A stretch of DNA of 64,000 bases from Gemmatimonadales bacterium (GTDB lineage Bacteria; Gemmatimonadota; Gemmatimonadetes; Gemmatimonadales; GWC2-71-9). Positions 48,764 through 58,050 of this stretch are shown piece after piece. The notes under the pieces are model-generated. The model had not been told where the DNA came from and made no database searches. It saw nothing but the letters and a program-made list of their open reading frames with translations. The stretch is from NCBI GenBank assembly GCA_041615815.1, contig JBFJCP010000022.1, forward strand, positions 1-64,000, read 5' to 3'. Numbering within the stretch: the stretch's first letter is position 1; every line of letters begins with the position of its first letter. A program made the position numbers and the translations under genes.

Positions 48764-49642
48764 ACGACGCGGCGACGTGATTTTCTGAAGGTGCTCGGTG
48801 TTAGCGCAGCCGCTGGTGCTGCTATGGGCACGCGAGCCCGCGCGCTTGCGGCGTCCAGCGCCGACGGGGCGGTTCCACCCGGCCGCCTGCGCCAGTCCGT
48901 ATGCCGCTGGCCGTTCTCGTCCATTGCGCTTCCCGACTTCTGCCGCGCCGTGGCCGACCTCGGTCTCGGCGCGATCGACCTGCTCGCGCCCGAGGAGTGG
49001 ACGGTAGCCGCCGATTATGGCCTGACCTGCTCGATGGGATATCCCGCGGTGCGGCGCGACTTCATCACGCGCGGGCTGAACGATCCCGCGAACCACCCGT
49101 TGCTCCTGCGCGAGCTCGAACGCGCGCTCCCGCTCGCCGCGCGTCACGGGGTGCCCAACGTGATCGGCATGTTCGGTAACCGGGACGGTCGGAGTGATGT
49201 GGAGGGGATCGACGCCTGCGTCGCTGCGCTCTCCACGATCGCGCCTCTGGCCGAGCAGGAGGGCGTGACTATCTGCATCGAGCTGCTCAACAGCCGCGTC
49301 GACCACGCCGACTACCAGGGAGACCGCACCGCGTTTGGCGTGCAGGTCATGGAGGCTGTGGGCTCTCCCCGTGTGAAGCTACTCTACGACATCTACCACA
49401 TGCAGATCATGGAGGGCGACGTGATCCGCACGATTCGCACGCACCGGGCGCATATCGCTCACTTCCACACCGCCGGCGTGCCCGGACGCCACGAGCTGGA
49501 CGACACACAGGAGCTGCACTACGTGGGTATAGCCCGCGCGATCGCAGACCTAGAATTCGACGGCTGGTTTGCCCATGAGTTCATTCCCACACGCGATCCC
49601 ATCGCGAGCCTGCGCGCCGCGATCGAGCTCTGTACGGTGTAG
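48764..49642 (+). CDS. Hydroxypyruvate isomerase-like TIM barrel with a Tat-type leader
   Basis: LRQSVCRW, ELLNSRVDHADY, KLLYDIYHMQIMEGD, HFHTAGVPGRHE, HEFIP. The first canonical start is GTG 48791, but in-frame TRRRDFLK lies upstream; ACG 48764 proposed. Confidence 0.85.
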   Translation, partial: TTRRRDFLKVLGVSAAAGAAMGTRARALAASSADGAVPPGRLRQSVCRWPFSSIALPDFCRAVADLGLGAIDLLAPEEWTVAADYGLTCSMGYPAVRRDFITRGLNDPANHPLLLRELERALPLAARHGVPNVIGMFGNRDGRSDVEGIDACVAALSTIAPLAEQEGVTICIELLNSRVDHADYQGDRTAFGVQVMEAVGSPRVKLLYDIYHMQIMEGDVIRTIRTHRAHIAHFHTAGVPGRHELDDTQELHYVGIARAIADLEFDGWFAHEFIPTRDPIASLRAAIELCTV

Positions 49643-49747
49643 GCGGGACGGGTGCCGAATGCTATGGGGACTTCACGTTCGCCCCAGCTCGATTCGCTAC
49701 GCAAACCCGACACCCTACGCCCGATCACCGATACGGACCGTCTCCCA

Positions 49748-51388
49748 CTATCGTTCCGCACGGACAACGTCAAAGACATGGCTTTCGAGCGGGCCGAGTT
49801 CTGGGAGTGGGACGTAGCTGCTGATCCGCCCGTTCCGTCCGACCCTGAGCGGCGCCGCCCCCGAATTGCCGAGCAGACTCTGCACCTCATAACGGCCTGG
49901 CGGTAGCACGCGCCCCTCCGAAATCACGGTCACGCCTGCGAGCGTCGCCGTGCCGAGGTTGACAATCACCAGGGCGGTCTTGTCCCCATCTTGCCGCAGG
50001 TACGCCGCTATCGCGTCCCTACTCGCGGTGAGTGGTAGCAGGTCACCGGTGGCACCCAGCCCGGGATGCTGGGCACGGAGGTGAATCAGGTCGCGATGCG
50101 TGGTGAGCAGCGAGTTGGGGTCCGCGTCCTGCACTTCCACGTTGGCGGTGAGCGAATCCGGCTGAAGCGGCTCCCACGCCATGCCATCGGTGAAGCCGGC
50201 CCCCGGCCCTCGACGCCACTGCATGGGCGTCCGCAGGCGTGGGTCCGGCTTGTCGCCACCCATCCCGATCTCCTCCCCGTAGTACACGAACGGCAAACCG
50301 GGCAGGGTGAGCAGAATCGTGGCGGCCAGCTTGGCGCGGGCCACGTCCCCCCCGAGCTCCGTGATGGTACGAGTCTGGTCGTGGTTGCGGAGAAAGGGCG
50401 ACCAGCGATCGCCGGGCAACTCACTCTGGAGCCTCAGGACCGGCTGGAGGAGCTTCTTTGCCGAGCCGTTCCGCACCGCCTCGAGAATGGCGTCGGAGAC
50501 TTCGAAGGCGAAGTGCGCGTCGAGTTGGTCCGGGTAGTAGGCCAGCATGGCACCCGTCGAGTCCCACACCTCGCCAATCGTGAACGCATCCGGCTCGATG
50601 GTTCGGATGGAGGAGGCGAACTCACGGAGAAACAGGTGGCTCCCCGGAGTGTGCTTGAGCCGTCCGTTCTCTTCGAGTAGGTAGGGGATCGCGTCGAGGC
50701 GGAATCCGTCGACCCCGATCTCTTCGAGCCAGAACCGCGCAACCTTCTCTGCCTCTTCGCGGACTGCGGCCGTCTCGTAGTTCAGGTCCGGCATCCCGCC
50801 CCAGAATACTCCGTAGTAGTACTCCTCGCGAACGGGGGAGCGGTGCCACACCTGTTGGCCCCAGGGCCCTTGTATACCGGGATCGGTGGCGGACCACACG
50901 AACCAATCGCGGTAAGGCGAGTCCGGGTTGAGCAACGCGTCCTTGAAGAACGGGTGCTCACTGGAGGCGTGGTTCAATACGAGATCCACCAATACGCGAA
51001 TGCCCCGCGCGTGCGCCTCGGTGACGAGACGTTGGAGATCGTCGTTCGTGCCATAGTCGCGCTCGACACGGTAGTAATCGGTCACGTCATACCCGTGATA
51101 GCTCGGCGATTGGGCCACGGGCATGAGCCAGACGCAGCGTGCGCCCAGGTCGTGGCGCGAGTTTGGGTCACCGTCGTTGATGTAGTCGAGCTTCTCGATG
51201 AGCCCGTTCAGGTCACCAACGCCATCGCCATCGCTGTCGTAGAATGAGCGGACGAAGATCTCGTAGCAGACGGCGCTGCGCTTCCAGTCAGACGCGCCCG
51301 GGGCATCGGTATCCTGGGCGTTGGTCGGGGTGGGGAACGCGAAGAGAGCGACGCAGAGCGCAGCAACGGGATTGCGGGGCATCGGCAT
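49748..51388 (-). CDS. Exported GH13 alpha-amylase family protein
   Basis: Signal peptide; YEIFVRSFYDSDGDG, SYHGYD, DLVLNH, MPDLN, DGFRLDA, GEVW, FLRNHDQ, YYGEEIGM. Confidence 0.93.
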   Translation of the reverse strand: MPMPRNPVAALCVALFAFPTPTNAQDTDAPGASDWKRSAVCYEIFVRSFYDSDGDGVGDLNGLIEKLDYINDGDPNSRHDLGARCVWLMPVAQSPSYHGYDVTDYYRVERDYGTNDDLQRLVTEAHARGIRVLVDLVLNHASSEHPFFKDALLNPDSPYRDWFVWSATDPGIQGPWGQQVWHRSPVREEYYYGVFWGGMPDLNYETAAVREEAEKVARFWLEEIGVDGFRLDAIPYLLEENGRLKHTPGSHLFLREFASSIRTIEPDAFTIGEVWDSTGAMLAYYPDQLDAHFAFEVSDAILEAVRNGSAKKLLQPVLRLQSELPGDRWSPFLRNHDQTRTITELGGDVARAKLAATILLTLPGLPFVYYGEEIGMGGDKPDPRLRTPMQWRRGPGAGFTDGMAWEPLQPDSLTANVEVQDADPNSLLTTHRDLIHLRAQHPGLGATGDLLPLTASRDAIAAYLRQDGDKTALVIVNLGTATLAGVTVISEGRVLPPGRYEVQSLLGNSGAAPLRVGRNGRISSYVPLPELGPLESHVFDVVRAER

Positions 51389-51634
51389 GCTACGTTGGTC
51401 TCCGATCGATCATGGGTTCTGGCTGAGCGGGAAAACGTAGTCTTGCTTCGGCGCCCAGACAAGAATGCTTCTCTGTGACCTCTCTGTCCTCTTTGGTGCC
51501 CACTGTGGCCACCCCACGTCCCGCCGATGGCAAACGCGAACTTGTCATCCTCCGTGTCGCGGAGCTGGTTCACGTCGCGTACATTAACCGCCTCGACCAC
51601 AATTTTCCCTGACCAGGCTGGGATGGTATCACCG

Positions 51635-54118
51635 ATGCAGATGCTCGCATCTCTCATAGTCATGCAGTCCCTGTTCCAAGCGCTGCAGATGCCGGTCCTG
51701 GAGTTTCCGGAGGCCGGGCTGGACGATCCGGCGGCGTACGAGGGGTATTCGACGCGGTTCTTCCGAGATTCTCGTGGCAACACGCTGCAGATCTATCGCA
51801 ATGACCGGGACGGTCGTGTCGTCCACGTGTGGGCGGACGCCGCGAACCAGAGCGCCGCGTTCACCGTTCGCGACGTCGCAGGTCGTCCGGCCGCTGCAGG
51901 CTGGGGCGGACCGGGGGCCGCGACTGAGTCGTACGGGCGCTTCCGCGTGCTACGGCACCGCCTCGCCTGGGAGAGCAGCGGCCTCGAGATCGGATGGTTC
52001 CTGCTCGGAACCATGCGTCAGGAGCGGGATTTCCAGTATCTGGAGTGGCACCGGAAGCCCTACGCCGATTCACCCTTCATGCTAAGCGAGCTGACCGGCC
52101 TGATGAACAGCCTGGATCGGCTTCCAGCCGGGGAGCGCGCGCGCCACATCTCACTCTTGGGTGCCCGAGATCTCGAGGAGCTTCGGACCCGGTTGCAGCC
52201 CCATGTCACGCTGACCCAGGATGAGGCGGAATGGACGGTCTTGGTCGAACATACGAGCCTGGATGGACGGAACCACTTGACGCTCGAGCTGCGAGGAGAT
52301 CCGATGGCCTCCGCCGCTTCGTTGTCAGGTGACCGGGTTTCCGTACGGGCGCGCTCCGGCCAACGAATCGAGCTCGACGTGACCGTGACCACGGATGCCG
52401 ACGCGCTAACTCCGCTCGGCCGCGAGCGGCTGTTCAACGACGCTTTCAACGATTACTACGCACGCCAGCGGAGCAGAGCCGAGAGCCTCATGACGACCCA
52501 GACCGTGGAAGAGGTCGAAGGGGACTCCTGGCTCAACGCGTTTCGGCGCTTCGAGCGCCAAGTGCGCGGTCTCGAGCTCCTGAGCTCGGAGGAGAAGCTG
52601 ATCGCGTCCATGCCGAACTACGCGACGTACTTCGGGCGCGATCAGATGATGTCCGCGCTCATGCTCGAGCCCGTTTCGTCGGTGGATCTGCAGGAGCTCG
52701 TGATCGCAAGCGTGCTCCGAAAGCTCGCCCCATCGGGCAATGCGAGCCACGAGGAGGCCCTGGGGGGCCAAGCGATTCGCGAGAACGCCGCCGAGTACAG
52801 TGCGCTGATCCGGGCGTGGGACGAGGAGCGGGAAAGGAATGCGGACGCTGCCGCCGGTCACCTTGCGCGCGCGAGGCAGCTGCTGGGGGATCTGCAAGCC
52901 GTGCGGGAGAACTACCGCATGGTGGATGACGATTTCCAACTGCCCGTGCTCGTTGCGCGATACCTCTCTCGCCTGGACGTGCCGGCAGAGAGAAAACGAC
53001 GCTTTCTGACCAACCCTGCGGGGCCCGGCCAGTCACGTCTCGATGCACTCATGCGGAACCTTGCCTTCGTGGCCGAGCTGGCGCGGCCCTACGCCCAGCA
53101 GCCGGTGGCCACCAACCTGGTGAGCTTCTTTCACCGTGATGACGAAGGGTGGCTTCCAGGCAGCTGGCGCGACAGTCGTGTGGGATACGGCAATGGTCGC
53201 TTTGCCATGGACGTGAACGTGGTGTGGGTCCCCCAGGGCCTGGAGGCGCTGGAGCGCATCCTGGAAGCGGTGAACGCGCTCGGCCTTTCCGTGGAGCCTG
53301 TGCTGGCGCGTATGCCGGACGCCTCCGCCCTGGAGACATATCTCCATGATCCGGCTGCGCGACGTGCGGCGATCGCCACGTGGCGCGGCGCCCGTGGGCA
53401 CTTCGAAGTGCGGCTGGAGCCCGATGAGATCCGCCAGCGCGTGGACCGATTGCTGGAGCCCCTGCCGGCCGCGGAAACTGACTACTGGCGACACCGCCTC
53501 GACGAAGGTGGTGCCGCCCTACGGCCGCTCACGTTTCTGGCGCTTTCGTTGAACGACGCAGGCCAGCCAATCGCCGCCGCCAGTACCGACCCAGCCACCG
53601 AGCTTTTTCTGGAGGATTACACCGAAGAGATCCTAGCGGGCACGGCGGATCCGGCGGCCGTGCTCGACATGCTCGACGCTATCGTGCGACCCTATCCCGT
53701 GGGGCTCTTCGTCGAGGGACTCGGTCCGGTCGTCGCAAACGATGCGTACACGAGTGCGCTCGTGCAGCAGCAGTTCCGGGACGACCTCTATCATTCGCCC
53801 CGGGTGGTCTGGGGGCGCGAGGTGAACCTCCTGCTCCTGGGGCTGGCTCGGCAGATCGATGCCGCCTACGGCGCGACCGGTCGGCTGCGAGATCAGCGCG
53901 GGGTGGTTCGCTCGTACGTCCGTACGCTGCGCGAGGTGCTGGAGACGATGCAGGAAGCGGTCGAGGCCTCGGGCCTCAGCCACAACGAGCTCTGGAGTTA
54001 CCGGATCCAGGGCGGTACGCTCCGTCCGGTGCGTTACGGTGTGAGCTCCGACATCCAGCTCTGGAACGTGACCGATCTCGCCGTTCGTTTCTTGTTGGAC
54101 CGGTTGCCGCCACAGTGA
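51635..54118 (+). CDS. Hypothetical protein, probable (alpha/alpha)6 glycoside hydrolase-like (glycogen debranching-like motifs)
   Basis: Long ORF with TYFGRD, SHEE, YRMVDDDF, GSWRDS..DVN, YHSPRVVW, ELWS, QLW. Start uncertain (51623/51635/51641). Confidence 0.6.
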   Translation: MQMLASLIVMQSLFQALQMPVLEFPEAGLDDPAAYEGYSTRFFRDSRGNTLQIYRNDRDGRVVHVWADAANQSAAFTVRDVAGRPAAAGWGGPGAATESYGRFRVLRHRLAWESSGLEIGWFLLGTMRQERDFQYLEWHRKPYADSPFMLSELTGLMNSLDRLPAGERARHISLLGARDLEELRTRLQPHVTLTQDEAEWTVLVEHTSLDGRNHLTLELRGDPMASAASLSGDRVSVRARSGQRIELDVTVTTDADALTPLGRERLFNDAFNDYYARQRSRAESLMTTQTVEEVEGDSWLNAFRRFERQVRGLELLSSEEKLIASMPNYATYFGRDQMMSALMLEPVSSVDLQELVIASVLRKLAPSGNASHEEALGGQAIRENAAEYSALIRAWDEERERNADAAAGHLARARQLLGDLQAVRENYRMVDDDFQLPVLVARYLSRLDVPAERKRRFLTNPAGPGQSRLDALMRNLAFVAELARPYAQQPVATNLVSFFHRDDEGWLPGSWRDSRVGYGNGRFAMDVNVVWVPQGLEALERILEAVNALGLSVEPVLARMPDASALETYLHDPAARRAAIATWRGARGHFEVRLEPDEIRQRVDRLLEPLPAAETDYWRHRLDEGGAALRPLTFLALSLNDAGQPIAAASTDPATELFLEDYTEEILAGTADPAAVLDMLDAIVRPYPVGLFVEGLGPVVANDAYTSALVQQQFRDDLYHSPRVVWGREVNLLLLGLARQIDAAYGATGRLRDQRGVVRSYVRTLREVLETMQEAVEASGLSHNELWSYRIQGGTLRPVRYGVSSDIQLWNVTDLAVRFLLDRLPPQ

Positions 54119-54643
54119 ACGACGGCAGTTTGGCCTCGGGCCACGTGGCCGTCGTGGAGCCTGTCTCGAGTCGGCAACGGTGTCCAGTGGGCGACCGGGG
54201 AGTTAGCACGCAGCGCCGCAAGAACAGAGTGGGCGCGCCAACGCCAAACAGCGGTTCCGTCAGGGGATGTGCGATCGCCCCCACGAGTGCACCCTCCTGG
54301 TCGAGGAGGTGGTAGATTCGCGTGGTGGACTGGTATCGAATCTTCATCCGTCCCTTCCTCTCGCCGTGGCAGGCGAGCTGTTTGTGGCCGAAATCGCGCT
54401 GTGGTCCGCCATTCATCAATACCTTTGGACCGGCCAGCGCGTCACTGGGTGGGTTATGTTAAGTTGAGCACGACGGAACCCCGAGTGTTGCACAGGAGGC
54501 CCGCTCACCCCACCGGCGGATCCCGATCATGCCACCGCTGGCACAGCAAACCGATCGCCAGTTTCAGGACACGCGAGTGCGCGCCGGTCAGCGACCCCAA
54601 ACGAACGAGGAACGACGTCCCTCAAGGCAGAAAACCCGACATC

Positions 54644-55801
54644 GTGACTTATTCAGGCAAGTTCTCGCTTCTGACGTTCTTGTTCGTACTCGCGGCGATC
54701 GGGTGTGACGGCACCGAGGGTCCGATGACGTCCCTGCCCCCCACGCCGTTCCCAATGACGGTGCCGGACGGGTTTACGGTGGAGATCTTCGCCGTCGGGC
54801 TCGATCTCCCGACCTCCATCGCCTTTCCCCCGGATGGTTCGGACCGGCTCTTCGTGAACGAGCTGCAAACCGGCAGGGTGCGCATCGTCGAGAATGGCAC
54901 TCTGCGCGACGAGCCCTTTGCGGAGGTGGCCACGAACACCACCGGTGGGTTTCCGGTCAGTGGGGAGAATGGGCTCTTGGGTATCGCCTTCGATCCCCAG
55001 TACCGCGTCAACCGGTACGTCTATGTCACCTACGCCACGCGCACCGATTCGGGCACCTTCGGGACCGTTGCGAGGCTCACCGATGTGAACAATCGGGGCG
55101 AAGATTTCACGGTGTTGCTGGAAAGTGTCCCCAGCGCAGCCGGCCACCAGATCGAGAGCCTCACGTTCGGGCCGGACGGTCTGCTCTACGTGTCCGCCGG
55201 GGACGCCTTCATGGAGGGCGAAGTCCAGGACACGGACAACTTCCTTGGGAAGATCCTCCGAATGAATCCCGATGGCAGCCTTCCGGGCGACAATCCCTTT
55301 CCAGGGTCTTACACCTACGCCTACGGGTTCCGGAACTGTTTCGACCTGGTGTTCAACAACTCGGGTGATCTGTTCTCCACCGACAACGGGCCGGACAGAG
55401 ATGACGAGCTGAACGAAGTCGTCGCAGGAGGCAACTACGGTTGGCCGGTGGCGCTTGGCGAAACGTCTGCTCCCGAATTCATTGCACCACTCCACGTGTG
55501 GTCCCAGATCGTCGCTCCTGCGGGGATGTTGTTTTACCAGGGCACGCAGTTTCCGGCGGCGTATCGGGGGAAGCTGTTTTTGGTCCTGTTCGGAGACACC
55601 TTTGCACAGGGGCCTAGCGATCGAGCCAAACGAGTGCAGGTAATCGACCTGGATGCGCCGACCCTCTCGCTGGAGGATTTTGCGGTGTACGATTTCGCCG
55701 ACATCGGTAATCCCCTCGATGTGACGGAAGGACCCGACGGGAGCCTCTTTCTGAGCGACATTTTCCAGGGGCGAATCTTCAAAATCAGTTACGAGGGGTA
55801 G
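54644..55801 (+). CDS. PQQ-dependent glucose/sorbosone dehydrogenase (GSDH) family lipoprotein
   Basis: Lipobox AAIG-C; GLLGIAFDP, FGPDGLLYVSAGD, GKILRMNPDGSLPGDNPF, AYGFRN, DNGP..DELN..GGNYGWP. GTG 54644 chosen as start. Confidence 0.87.
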   Translation: MTYSGKFSLLTFLFVLAAIGCDGTEGPMTSLPPTPFPMTVPDGFTVEIFAVGLDLPTSIAFPPDGSDRLFVNELQTGRVRIVENGTLRDEPFAEVATNTTGGFPVSGENGLLGIAFDPQYRVNRYVYVTYATRTDSGTFGTVARLTDVNNRGEDFTVLLESVPSAAGHQIESLTFGPDGLLYVSAGDAFMEGEVQDTDNFLGKILRMNPDGSLPGDNPFPGSYTYAYGFRNCFDLVFNNSGDLFSTDNGPDRDDELNEVVAGGNYGWPVALGETSAPEFIAPLHVWSQIVAPAGMLFYQGTQFPAAYRGKLFLVLFGDTFAQGPSDRAKRVQVIDLDAPTLSLEDFAVYDFADIGNPLDVTEGPDGSLFLSDIFQGRIFKISYEG

Positions 55802-55814
55802 CGGACACTTCGCG

Positions 55815-58016
55815 ATGACTGGCCAGACCGTTCGCTCCCTTCTCTTCATTTCGACGGTGCTTCTGCTCGTAGGGTGTGACCGCGCATCGGCGCCAAAGAG
55901 TCCCGCCTCGATGCCGGACGAGCCCTCACCCCCCTTCCGCAATGTGGAGACGATGACGGCGTATGTGGGTGACGAGGCCTGCACGCCCTGTCACGAGGAA
56001 GTGGCATCCGCTTATCAGGAGCATGCGATGGCCCGGTCGTTTCATCGCTGGACGCCCGAGGTGCGGATCGAGACCACTCCAGACGAGCCTCTGCTACACG
56101 CTCCCACTGGTTTCTACTACGCAATCGTTGAGGATGGGGACGCATTGTATCAAGAGGAGTACCTCATCGGGCCGGAAGAAAGGCGTCTGCACGAGCTCCG
56201 TCGGCGGATAGACTACGTCATGGGTAGCGGCAGTGTGGCCAGAACGTATTTCACCGAAGAAAACGGCCGGCTGTTTCAACTCCCGCTCACCTGGTATCGC
56301 GAGCAAGGCTGGGATTTCAGTCCCGGATACGAACTGAACAACGCTCGGTTCGATCGTCTCTTGCCCGACCGTTGTATCGCTTGTCATGGGAGCTATCCGC
56401 GGCCCATCGCCTTCGTGGAGGGGAAGTACGCGGAGCTTCTCCCCGGTATCGGCTGCGAGCGGTGCCACGGTCCCGGCGCCCTCCATGCCACGGAGCGCGA
56501 GCTAGGCTCGCCGGCGGACAGCACGTACGACGACACCATCGTCAACCCGAAACACCTGCCGTTCGAGCGACGGCTCGACGTGTGCGAGCAGTGCCACGTG
56601 CACACGCCGGTGACGGTGCTGCGAGAGAGCAGGGATGCGTTCAGCTACATACCGTCGCAGCCGCTGCGCGATCATGCAGCTTTCTTCAAAGCGACCGGGA
56701 GCATCGACATCGTGTCCCACGCAGACCGGTTACGGCAGAGCGTGTGCTTCATCGAGACGCGTCCTACCGAACGGCCTCTCGAGTGCGCTACGTGTCACAA
56801 CCCGCACGCGCCGACGCCCGATCGTGGGACTCAAAACCAGCCGTGTCAGACCTGCCACCCTCCCGCCACGCTGGGTCGCCGTTTAGCGGCCTCGGCTGCG
56901 CTCCCGGATCATGCAGCAACGGCCAACTGCGTGAGTTGTCATATGCCGACGGTGAAGGAACGCGCCGTTCCGCACGGCACGTTCACCGATCACTGGATCC
57001 GTGTGCTCACCGCCTCGTCCACCCCGGCCGGGGCACGCCGTGCCGGCGACCGACCCATTGAAGCTTACTTCGAACGTGACCGGACAGGGCAGGACGCCGA
57101 GATCTACCAGGGCATGGGGGAAATTCTCTATGCGACATTGGCTCCTGATGCAGAACTGCTGAGCGAGGCCGCAGAGAGGCTGGACCGGGCGTTAGAGCGG
57201 GACACGACGCGCGGCGACGCGCTGTTCATGCTCGGCTTGGCGTATCGACAACTGGGAAACTTGGACGGTGCCATTCGGGCCCTCGAGCGGTCTATCCGCA
57301 TGGATCCCGATCGTCCTCAGCGGCTCCACGCTCTCGCCCGGGCATACGAAACTGCGGGACGCGATCCCGGCAACGTAGAGCGACTCTATGAACGTGCGCT
57401 GGAGTTGCAGCCAGCACTGGCTTGGATCCGCGCTGATTATGCCCGTTTCTTGCAGGAGCGAGGGCGGCGCGAGGAGGCTGAAGAGGCCTACCGCCTGTCG
57501 CTCGCCGAGCGCCCGAGTCTCGACGTGGCTGCATTCAACCTGGGTACGCTGTTGACCGGGCGGGGGCGCCTGGGTCAGGCCAGGGAGGCGTTCCAGCGAG
57601 CCGTGCGGTTCAATCCGTCGCTTGCCGAAGCGCTTGCACCGCTCCTTTACGTCCGCACCGCGGGAGGTGTGGTTACCGGAGTGCGGGTGTTGGGGTCACC
57701 GATAGCGTCGTTGCCAGTGCGCTACCGCGGGCCAGAGGCCGTTCAGGTGAGCGTCGATCCGATGGTTGCCCAGGCCGGGATCATGTTCGTCAACGTTCGG
57801 CCTGGTGCGTCCGTTCGCATCGTCGAACCTGATGGAACGCTCGTACGAGCTTTGACCGCTCCGGAGGGACAGCGCCTGCTTTGGGATCTGCTCTCCGCGG
57901 CCGGCCGTCCGATTACCGGTGGTCTACACTACGTCGAGGTGCGGGCGCAAGATGCGTCCGGCCGGTCCGTCCCACCTCAGCGCTTTGCCTTGGGGATCGT
58001 TCGTGTGGGCGATTGA
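55815..58016 (+). CDS. Multiheme (7 CxxCH) cytochrome c lipoprotein with TPR repeats
   Basis: Lipobox LLVG-C; CTPCH, CIACH, CERCH, CEQCH, CATCH, CQTCH, CVSCH; TPR helices; beta-rich C-terminal domain. Confidence 0.88.
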   Translation: MTGQTVRSLLFISTVLLLVGCDRASAPKSPASMPDEPSPPFRNVETMTAYVGDEACTPCHEEVASAYQEHAMARSFHRWTPEVRIETTPDEPLLHAPTGFYYAIVEDGDALYQEEYLIGPEERRLHELRRRIDYVMGSGSVARTYFTEENGRLFQLPLTWYREQGWDFSPGYELNNARFDRLLPDRCIACHGSYPRPIAFVEGKYAELLPGIGCERCHGPGALHATERELGSPADSTYDDTIVNPKHLPFERRLDVCEQCHVHTPVTVLRESRDAFSYIPSQPLRDHAAFFKATGSIDIVSHADRLRQSVCFIETRPTERPLECATCHNPHAPTPDRGTQNQPCQTCHPPATLGRRLAASAALPDHAATANCVSCHMPTVKERAVPHGTFTDHWIRVLTASSTPAGARRAGDRPIEAYFERDRTGQDAEIYQGMGEILYATLAPDAELLSEAAERLDRALERDTTRGDALFMLGLAYRQLGNLDGAIRALERSIRMDPDRPQRLHALARAYETAGRDPGNVERLYERALELQPALAWIRADYARFLQERGRREEAEEAYRLSLAERPSLDVAAFNLGTLLTGRGRLGQAREAFQRAVRFNPSLAEALAPLLYVRTAGGVVTGVRVLGSPIASLPVRYRGPEAVQVSVDPMVAQAGIMFVNVRPGASVRIVEPDGTLVRALTAPEGQRLLWDLLSAAGRPITGGLHYVEVRAQDASGRSVPPQRFALGIVRVGD

Positions 58017-58050
58017 CAGGGTCGAGTGGTTCCGAGGCTACCAGACCGCC

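Noticed and set aside
47084..49642. TGA read-through fusing SSS to the in-frame TIM-barrel gene
   Set aside because: The SSS ends at a normal-looking C-terminus, and the downstream gene has its own SD and Tat leader.
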